Of a DNA stretch of 54,781 bases, positions 48,094-54,781 are shown one piece after another. The notes beneath the pieces were generated by a model. The model had not been told where the DNA came from, made no database searches, and saw only the letters and a program-made list of their open reading frames with translations. The translations under genes and the position numbers were made by a program. Numbering within the stretch: the first letter of the stretch is position 1; each line of letters begins with the position of its first letter. The DNA lies in the IMG/VR virus record IMGVR_UViG_3300030098_001280, positions 1 through 54,781 of that record; one strand, written 5' to 3'. The stretch is from a virus. Lineage: Duplodnaviria > Caudoviricetes.

Positions 48094-48593
48094 TGGGTAG
48101 AGTAAAAGAGATGTACTTCGATAATATGACAGAAAAAGAGCGAGAAAGCTTTGAAGAAACGTCTGATATTATGGAAGCAAGGGCTGAGTTTAATGAAAGA
48201 CAAGATGCATTAGATAAACAAATGTCTTTTGCAGTTAACTTTGTTAGATTCAACGAGAACAATCCTAAAATATTTCATAAGATTGTAGAGTTAGCTGATC
48301 ATCAAAGAGAAAGACGTGATCACTACAGTATAGAAATCATTATGAATGTTGTTAGGTATCACACGGACTTGGATGGAAAGGGAGATCCATTCAAGATAAA
48401 CAATAACTATAAAGCTTACTACGCTAGAATGTATATGCAATATCGTGACTGTCCAGGTTTCTTCCAAGTCAGAGGTAGCCTAGCTGACGAATATGATTTC
48501 GTTCCAGACATAGACTATTACGTGGACTGGTTATTAGATAAAGAATGTTGTGAAGATGCAGAAAGAGCAGAAGCTCGAGACAACGAGGAGTAA
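48093..48593 (+). CDS. conserved phage protein
   Basis: NP.....F...HYS...I...R....FKINNNY.AYYAR...GFF..R. Confidence 0.65.
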   Translation: MGRVKEMYFDNMTEKERESFEETSDIMEARAEFNERQDALDKQMSFAVNFVRFNENNPKIFHKIVELADHQRERRDHYSIEIIMNVVRYHTDLDGKGDPFKINNNYKAYYARMYMQYRDCPGFFQVRGSLADEYDFVPDIDYYVDWLLDKECCEDAERAEARDNEE

Positions 48594-48597
48594 TTTA

Positions 48598-48942
48598 ATG
48601 AGCAAGAAACAAATAAGTGAGGATTGGGTAGCAAGTCATGCGACATTAGAGCGCATGACTAAACTCTTTCCAGGAGTAAATATACAATATGAACAAGAAA
48701 AATTCGTTGACTACTACCTCAGCAATGGAGGTGTTTCAGCAAATTGGGAAGCAGCTTTCAGAAACTGGATCAGACGTGCAGATGAATATGAAAGAGCAAG
48801 AGGAGTTAGAGAACCAGGACATTCTGAAACAAATTCCTCCAATGTTTCGAATAGACGGAAGCGTATACTTAGAGTTGCGAAGTCAGGAGATTCAACAGTG
48901 GATGGGCGTGTCAAACGACTTCCCTCTGGAGAAAGGGATTGA
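48598..48942 (+). CDS. DnaT-like / replication initiator C-terminal-domain protein
   Basis: E.EKF.DYY..........W.AAFRNWIRR; start after GAGGAG. Confidence 0.55.
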   Translation: MSKKQISEDWVASHATLERMTKLFPGVNIQYEQEKFVDYYLSNGGVSANWEAAFRNWIRRADEYERARGVREPGHSETNSSNVSNRRKRILRVAKSGDSTVDGRVKRLPSGERD

Positions 48943-49324
48943 TGGCGTAGCTGTTGATATGTGTCAAAAGTTTGTGGTCCAAATGGAGCCATGCAAGAGA
49001 GATGATATAGCAATAGCACTTGAGACTATTGCTTCTACCTTTCAATGCAAAGTTCCAGATGACTTTGGCTTGACACAATACTTCAATCTCTTAGAGCAAT
49101 ACCCTAGGTTTTGTATAGAACAAGCAACACACGATTTGTTGACCAAGTATACCTATCCTAGATTGCCCTTACCTAAAGACTTTATTGATATATGTGAACC
49201 AATGTATATCGAACATAAAGAATGGTTGACTAAAACTGCCAGACGGTTTTATCAGCTAGAGATTTGGAAGCAAATGGGAGGTAAAGTAAAGAATAAATAC
49301 ATACCAGATGTAGAAGAAAAGTAG
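48689..49324 (+). CDS. putative helicase loader-like protein (start uncertain)
   Basis: Y...L..YP...I..A...L......P.P.D helical pattern after the initiator. Confidence 0.4.
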   Translation: MNKKNSLTTTSAMEVFQQIGKQLSETGSDVQMNMKEQEELENQDILKQIPPMFRIDGSVYLELRSQEIQQWMGVSNDFPLEKGIDGVAVDMCQKFVVQMEPCKRDDIAIALETIASTFQCKVPDDFGLTQYFNLLEQYPRFCIEQATHDLLTKYTYPRLPLPKDFIDICEPMYIEHKEWLTKTARRFYQLEIWKQMGGKVKNKYIPDVEEK

Positions 49325-49352
49325 TATAATAATAGTAAACAAGGAGATAAAT

Positions 49353-50153
49353 ATGAACAGAAACATAGACGATACCGGTAACTATACTCTCGGTGGATCA
49401 GATGCTAATAGGCTGATGCGAGGGGAATGGTTAGACCTGTATAAAGAAATCAAAGGTGAGAAACCAAGAGATGATTTATCAAAAGTATTGCAAGTACAAA
49501 TAGGTATTGCTACTGAGAAAGTTAATCTTGATTTTTTAGAATATGATTTAGAAGAAAAGATAACTATCCGAGATTTTAATGTTGAAAGAAATAAGGAATT
49601 TCCATTCTTAAGATCCACATTAGATGGTATTACAGAATCTAAAATACCATGTGAAGCTAAGCATACATATCAAGACAATCGAATGGAGTTAGTAGCTGAA
49701 AACTACTACCCTCAATTGCAACATTATATGATGCACGCTAATGTAGATGATATGTACGTATCAGTTATCTTTGGCAATAGGAGGTTTGAATACACAAGAA
49801 TAGATGCGGACCTTACATACCAAAAAAAATTATTGGCAGTAGAACAATGGTTTATTGAACACCTTAATGAGAATAAAGAACCTAAAGGATTCAAAGGCTT
49901 ACCTAAAATTGATAAGAAAGAAATCAAACTAGACGGTATGAAACAATACGATATGAAAGACCACATCAAATGGAAAGACTTTGTAAAACAATACAAAGAA
50001 GTTAAACCATATGTTGATGAGTACGAGAATTGTAAGAAAGCAATCAAAGGTTTAGTACCAGATGATTGCTATCGAGCAAGTGGGGACGGTGTCGTGGTGA
50101 CACGTAATAAAAGAAACATACTAACCATTAAGGAGGAAAACAATGGAAAGTAA
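49353..50153 (+). CDS. YqaJ-like (lambda-exonuclease family) recombination nuclease
   Basis: LGGSDA, G...E, STLDG, EAKH, YYPQLQHYM. Confidence 0.88.
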   Translation: MNRNIDDTGNYTLGGSDANRLMRGEWLDLYKEIKGEKPRDDLSKVLQVQIGIATEKVNLDFLEYDLEEKITIRDFNVERNKEFPFLRSTLDGITESKIPCEAKHTYQDNRMELVAENYYPQLQHYMMHANVDDMYVSVIFGNRRFEYTRIDADLTYQKKLLAVEQWFIEHLNENKEPKGFKGLPKIDKKEIKLDGMKQYDMKDHIKWKDFVKQYKEVKPYVDEYENCKKAIKGLVPDDCYRASGDGVVVTRNKRNILTIKEENNGK

Positions 50154-50592
50154 CTATACAAAAAGTCTGATTAAGAAATTTAAAGAAGACTATAAACTAG
50201 ATGCTTTTGATTTTTGGTTGCATAAGCAAAGCAATAATTGGATCATCAAACACAATGCTCTTGAGAAAGTAGCAGTTCAAGAAAAAATAACTTGGAAACT
50301 AGAAGTACTTAACTTTAGTCCAGATATTGTTGTGAAATGTATTGCTACTAGTGGAGACAGAGTTATAGAATCATTAGGTGAAGCATCTCCTAAGAATACT
50401 ATAATCAATCATCCATATGCAATGGCAGAGAAGAGAGCAATAGATAGATGTATCTTAAAACTACTTAACGCTCACGCCTACATATACTCAGAAACAGAAG
50501 CTGATGAGTTTAAAGAACCAATAAGTAACAAAGTTAAAGCAGTAGCTAATAACCAAATTGATAATATCAAAGGAGATATAGAAGATGAATAA
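50143..50592 (+). CDS. putative ssDNA-annealing protein (Sak/Rad52-like)
   Basis: GEA...N....YAMAEKRA.DR.IL; lies between exonuclease and SSB. Confidence 0.5.
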   Translation: MESNYTKSLIKKFKEDYKLDAFDFWLHKQSNNWIIKHNALEKVAVQEKITWKLEVLNFSPDIVVKCIATSGDRVIESLGEASPKNTIINHPYAMAEKRAIDRCILKLLNAHAYIYSETEADEFKEPISNKVKAVANNQIDNIKGDIEDE

Positions 50593-50860
50593 AGATAAAG
50601 TAACAAACATAGATGCAAAAGAAGAAGCTGCAAAAGGTTCTAACTTAGATCCAAATAAAGCATATACTAGTACATGGAAAGACACAGTGTCTGCTATTAC
50701 TAGTATTGGAAAAACTTTGTATGAACCTGCTGGTATGATCTTAGCATTAAGAAAGGTTGAAGTCTCTTTATTAGAAGTAATCAAAGAAATTAATGTAGAG
50801 ATTAATAAACAACAAGCTATCATAGATGCAAATAAAGATAAGGAGGCTGACAATGGCTAA
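50585..50860 (+). CDS. hypothetical protein
   Basis: Coupled ORF. Confidence 0.55.
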   Translation: MNKDKVTNIDAKEEAAKGSNLDPNKAYTSTWKDTVSAITSIGKTLYEPAGMILALRKVEVSLLEVIKEINVEINKQQAIIDANKDKEADNG

Positions 50861-51257
50861 TGACTTAAACAAAATCTGTTTAATAGGGAGGCTTGGCAAG
50901 GATGCTGAGCTATCTACTAGCAGAAGTGGCAAACAATACATGAAGTTTACTATGGCTACCAACAGGAATGTAGGTAAAGAAGAGAAAACTGAATGGCATA
51001 ACATTACTGTATGGAATGAGAAATTGGTTGAAGCTTTACATCCCTATCTCACTAAAGGTAAACAAATATATCTTGAGGGTGTAGCTACTTCTTGGAAGAA
51101 AGAAGATGGTAGCATTATACCTTTTGTTGAAGTTAATTACGGACATCATATTCAATTGCTTGGCGCTAAAGGAGATTCTCCTATGAATGAATCTACTGAT
51201 AATACTGAAGCTATTAAAGATGAGAAACAAGAACAAGACGGTGGAGTGCCTTGGTAA
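50853..51257 (+). CDS. ssb: single-stranded DNA-binding protein
   Basis: LNK..LIGRLGKD.E, TEWH.I.VW, KG..IY.EG, acidic tail ending VPW. Confidence 0.9.
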   Translation: MANDLNKICLIGRLGKDAELSTSRSGKQYMKFTMATNRNVGKEEKTEWHNITVWNEKLVEALHPYLTKGKQIYLEGVATSWKKEDGSIIPFVEVNYGHHIQLLGAKGDSPMNESTDNTEAIKDEKQEQDGGVPW

Positions 51258-51463
51258 TGACAAAGCAACAAAAGATAGTGTTAGATTTTATCCACGAATA
51301 CAATAGAGTAGAGGGGATAAGCCCAACATACAGAGAGATTAAAGAATACTGTGAATTATCAGCAGTATCTCATGCTCACAAGATTGTTATGGCTTTAGTT
51401 AGAGATAAAAAACTAGCACTATCAAAATCAGAATATGTAAGAAAGATACATATAATGCAATGA
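51257..51463 (+). CDS. LexA-type winged-helix DNA-binding protein (no protease domain)
   Basis: MT..Q..VLDFI........SPTYREI. Confidence 0.8.
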   Translation: MTKQQKIVLDFIHEYNRVEGISPTYREIKEYCELSAVSHAHKIVMALVRDKKLALSKSEYVRKIHIMQ

Positions 51464-51753
51464 TCAAACGTGACAAAAAGATTATGAACTACATGGCACA
51501 GGTTTACGGTTGTGTAGTTTGTAAAAGAGAGGGTCACGGTTTTGTTGAGGCAAATATCCATCATCTAAGGACAGGGATGGGTATGTCTCAACGAAACAAA
51601 CTCTATATTCCACTCTGTTGGAACCATCATCAGCATCCTAAACATGGAATACATGGTGGTACTAAATCATGGCAGAAGAAATACGGTACTGAGCTAGAAC
51701 TTCTTGAGTATTATAATGATACTACTGAAGAGGGTTATCAGATCGAGCTTTAA
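51460..51753 (+). CDS. Ref/DUF968-like HNH-type nuclease
   Basis: GCVVC...IHH.R.G.GM.....IPLC..HH...GIH....W...YG.E.ELL. Confidence 0.75.
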   Translation: MIKRDKKIMNYMAQVYGCVVCKREGHGFVEANIHHLRTGMGMSQRNKLYIPLCWNHHQHPKHGIHGGTKSWQKKYGTELELLEYYNDTTEEGYQIEL

Positions 51754-51946
51754 TCTCTTCTACTTTAGCTTTAAGTACAGCAATTTCAGCCTTGTTGACA
51801 GCTATGTCTTGCTCCAGAGGTTTAATATCTGGGGCAGACCTAGCTTCAAGCACATCCACTCTCTGTATTAATTGACCTTGAAATACAAATAGACTAGCTA
51901 TTGTAATCACAAGACCTACGCCTGTAGCAATTGTTTTAATATCCAC
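51722..51946 (-). CDS. small membrane-anchored coiled-coil protein
   Basis: Homolog of 14986..15177. Confidence 0.7.
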   Translation of the reverse strand: MDIKTIATGVGLVITIASLFVFQGQLIQRVDVLEARSAPDIKPLEQDIAVNKAEIAVLKAKVEEIKARSDNPLQ

Positions 51947-53483
51947 GTATCCTCCTTAAATGTTCTTCTGCTCTAATCACTTCATCAGAAGCTTTTTCAA
52001 TCTTCCTTTGATAAAGAATGACTGGGTCATTATAGCTAGCTTGAGTCTCAGCATATATATTCCTACCATCGCTATAGTTTCTCGAATAGTATTCATCTAC
52101 ATTACCTCCATCAATTGTTGGTTGTCTTAGTATATCTTCATTCATATTGGTGTACGAATCAAGGTTTGTCGTAACCATTAGGCTAGCTACGATGTTAGAT
52201 GTAGCCACTAATTGTTGGTCTAACTCTTTGATAGTCTGCGATACTTGCTTCTCTATATCTGCTACTTGAACAGACTGAGTAGCCACTTCCGAAACTTCTG
52301 TATCGGATTCAGTTCCACTTCCAGAGTTTGGATCGGTTTGGGTGCTGGCTTCACTTCTACTTTCGGCTCCACTTTCGGTGCTGGCTGTTGCATCGCTGTT
52401 GGATTCTTCGCCTTGAGTACTGTTGACTTCTGATTCAGATAGTCTTTCAGCTCCTCTGGATTCCTCTTGCTCTCCACTTGCGACTGTGATTTCTTCTTCA
52501 GCGTTAGTGTTTCCTTCGATAGTTTTATTTTGCTCATTTGAGTTTCCTCCTGGGATTTCTCCTGTTGGTTCAATTGTTTCTGTAATTTCAGACGTTTCTT
52601 CAAAGCTTTCGACTTCTGTTGTGAACGCTTCGATCGTCTCCGGTTCTTCATAAGTTACCTCCATAGGTACAATCTCTTCTTCAATAGCTACTGCAAATAT
52701 CTCAACAATACCTGTGTTGATTTCTTCAATAGCTATCTCTTCGAAAGTTATCTCTTCTATTATTTCTGTTAAAATCTGTGGTTCTTCAAAGGGAATAAAC
52801 TCTTCTACTATAAACTCTTCGTATATAAATAATTCTTCTGGACTTACTGTGGTTAAGACTTCTTCAATCTCTTCAAAGGCTGTGGCTATAATAGCTGTCT
52901 CTGTTGCTGATAGTACGACTGGATCGTAAGTCATTGTTACAGAAATATTATCCACATTAGGACCACCAAGAGTATTAGGACTATTACCGTCAGACCCACT
53001 AATAAATATATTTCCTTGATTAGACCCTGTCCCAGTAAACGAAACGCTATCTGTAAAATCTTCTCCATTAATTCCCGTAACATCTGTTCTCTCCTGTGTT
53101 GTTGTAGCTAACACATTGCTATCTGAATCTTTGATCTGTAGCCTAATCGTAAAGGTATCTGCTGGTCCGCTACCTCCCCAACATTGAGCTACACCACACT
53201 CTCCATTTTGTACTTGGACACTAGAGTTTAGAGTAATGCCATTATCAAGCATTGGTTGTGAAATATTATTTGAAGTTAAGCCGAACGTCTGCTCAATACT
53301 ACCACTATCTCCAAACTCTAGGTCGTACCCCCCTGGACAACAATCATTAATTCTTTGTGCATCACCAGATAAAGTCCAGCCTGTAGTACCATTGTCAAAT
53401 GTTCCATTGGTTATTAGGTTACCGGTAGTATCTGCAAGTACAGTACTACTTAGTAATATTGCCGCTAGGTACAGGCTTCTCAT
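51936..53483 (-). CDS. secreted protein with carbohydrate-binding-like domain and long acidic linker
   Basis: Homolog of 15159..16418. Confidence 0.7.
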   Translation of the reverse strand: MRSLYLAAILLSSTVLADTTGNLITNGTFDNGTTGWTLSGDAQRINDCCPGGYDLEFGDSGSIEQTFGLTSNNISQPMLDNGITLNSSVQVQNGECGVAQCWGGSGPADTFTIRLQIKDSDSNVLATTTQERTDVTGINGEDFTDSVSFTGTGSNQGNIFISGSDGNSPNTLGGPNVDNISVTMTYDPVVLSATETAIIATAFEEIEEVLTTVSPEELFIYEEFIVEEFIPFEEPQILTEIIEEITFEEIAIEEINTGIVEIFAVAIEEEIVPMEVTYEEPETIEAFTTEVESFEETSEITETIEPTGEIPGGNSNEQNKTIEGNTNAEEEITVASGEQEESRGAERLSESEVNSTQGEESNSDATASTESGAESRSEASTQTDPNSGSGTESDTEVSEVATQSVQVADIEKQVSQTIKELDQQLVATSNIVASLMVTTNLDSYTNMNEDILRQPTIDGGNVDEYYSRNYSDGRNIYAETQASYNDPVILYQRKIEKASDEVIRAEEHLRRIRGY

Positions 53484-54072
53484 TCCAAGTCATGCTCCGT
53501 TTAGTTGTTTCACTACCTAATTCTTTCTTACGTATCTCCATCCATTTCTCTTTCGCTTTCTGACCTATCAACCCCTGAATGGGACATGGCGTACCAGCGT
53601 CCATCATGGCTTGCCATACATTCTCATCTTGACACATAAGAGAAATCGCTGCCACTTTCATGCCAAGCTTGGCTAATACAGCTACAGATTTTCTACGCTC
53701 ACATTCCTCGTCAACGATATAGGAGCCAACGGATGCCGAAAAAGAGAGGACAGTTAGTCCGCCAGCAAGGGGAATAACACAGCTATCTTGTCCATATACG
53801 CTCATAGAGGGAGCTGATGCGCTGTTTACGGCTGTTTTCTGATTGGTACTATTGTTGGTTTCATTATTGGTAGTAGTGCTAGAAGATGAGCCTGACTGAT
53901 ATGTCGTGCTTGATTCGTAACCACCCGTTATTGCGGTATTAGACCCCGCATTATTCGATTGCGTATTTGTTGTTGAGCCACTAGAGGTCACATCAGCCCT
54001 TGCCTCAATAGAAAGCAGTATAGCCATAACTAAAACTACACCTACTGCTTTTGCTATGAGCTTCCAATCCAT
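53446..54072 (-). CDS. secreted Cys-containing protein
   Basis: Homolog of 16381..17001. Confidence 0.7.
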   Translation of the reverse strand: MDWKLIAKAVGVVLVMAILLSIEARADVTSSGSTTNTQSNNAGSNTAITGGYESSTTYQSGSSSSTTTNNETNNSTNQKTAVNSASAPSMSVYGQDSCVIPLAGGLTVLSFSASVGSYIVDEECERRKSVAVLAKLGMKVAAISLMCQDENVWQAMMDAGTPCPIQGLIGQKAKEKWMEIRKKELGSETTKRSMTWNEKPVPSGNITK

Positions 54073-54503
54073 TACTTCCTCGTTAAGCTACCACCAAAGT
54101 ATAATCCTATGATTGAGAATATAGTATGTGATTGAAGATTAGTTATAAAGATAGTGTTGCCCTCTTCAAAGTATGAGGTTTCATAGGTAGATCCAAATAT
54201 CCACCAGCCACTATCAGCTTCTGTTACTATTTGGTATGCAATGTTTACATCTGTAAAGATTGGAGCCACGATAGGTACTACGATAATAGAGAATACACAC
54301 ATCAAAGCAATCCATCGTCTGGTATGTTTAGTATGTGGATCAGATACTGCTCTAGCTTTATCGGTTTGTTTAGCTGCAAAGTTTGCACGTTGCATTAACA
54401 TCTTTTCTCTCTCAGCTTCAGCCTGTCCTTTCTGCGCCATGATAGACATAACGCCACCTAGTACAGTAGACGCTAACATTGATAATAATTCCATTGGTAT
54501 CAT
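54072..54503 (-). CDS. membrane protein, holin-like
   Basis: Homolog of 17001..17432. Confidence 0.65.
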   Translation of the reverse strand: MIPMELLSMLASTVLGGVMSIMAQKGQAEAEREKMLMQRANFAAKQTDKARAVSDPHTKHTRRWIALMCVFSIIVVPIVAPIFTDVNIAYQIVTEADSGWWIFGSTYETSYFEEGNTIFITNLQSHTIFSIIGLYFGGSLTRK

Positions 54504-54504
54504 T

Positions 54505-54781
54505 TTAAAACGCCGTTGTTAATAATTTAGTTGTTGTTACTGATGGTTCTTTTGCCCATGCTACATAGACATAATGGTTTCCTTCCCCATTTGATTTTCC
54601 ATCAGTTGTAAATGGAGAAAATCCCTGTGCAAAAAAATGTATATTATCTTGTGATGCAACCTCTGCTCCACCATCGTTTGCTTCATCTAGTTTTATATTA
54701 TGTGCGATAGGATTACCATGATTACTACCACTACCACTTTGAGCGGCATTATCTGGACCTAGAGCCATTGTAGTAGAAGTT
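54505..54781 (-). CDS. 3' part of tail-associated protein (truncated by window end)
   Basis: Near-identical to the C-terminus of 17611..18750. Confidence 0.85.
   Translation of the reverse strand, partial: TSTTMALGPDNAAQSGSGSNHGNPIAHNIKLDEANDGGAEVASQDNIHFFAQGFSPFTTDGKSNGEGNHYVYVAWAKEPSVTTTKLLTTAF

Larger units (their letters stand above)
51722..54781. repeat. copy 2 of duplicated cassette
   Basis: Homologous to 14986-17887; terminal 75 nt are an exact match. Confidence 0.95.

Noticed and set aside
14986-54781. Diversity-generating retroelement or terminal direct repeat as explanation for the duplication
   Set aside because: No reverse transcriptase seen, differences do not look adenine-specific, and the first copy is internal and diverged
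1-54781. CRISPR array, tRNA, integrase/att site, intein
   Set aside because: No regularly spaced repeats, cloverleaf, recombinase motifs or intein termini recognised by eye; tRNAscan and HMM searches were not run

Overview
The window is entirely phage DNA (AT-rich, probably from an aquatic host) and reads best as two phage genomes joined through a shared tail/envelope region. (A) About 17.9-54.8 kb is a self-consistent, circularisable ~36.9 kb podovirus. It has T7-like morphogenesis genes on the minus strand (terminases, portal, scaffold, capsid, tail tube A/B, three internal virion proteins, tail fibres). Its plus-strand early region has no polymerase but carries ArdC, YqaJ exonuclease, a putative annealase, SSB, LexA-like and Ref-like genes. 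This layout resembles HTVC010P-type pelagiphages (inference). The last 75 nt of the window are identical to 17813-17887, which closes the circle. (B) 1-17.8 kb is an arm from a different phage type. It carries an autonomous replisome (Leu762 PolA, AEP primase, UvrD, SNF2, SSB-like protein, resolvase). It also carries an apparent cytosine-modification operon: SAM methyltransferase, MazG-like pyrophosphatase, dNMP kinase fused to a UDG-like domain, dCMP-type thymidylate-synthase homolog and dCMP deaminase. Both phages have diverged copies of a four-gene membrane/secreted-protein cassette. The most interesting items are the predicted base-modification pathway, a 2136-aa ejection protein carrying conflict-type domains, a ~440-nt highly self-complementary intergenic element, and the shared envelope cassette. 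All functional calls come from motif recognition by eye; no searches were run.
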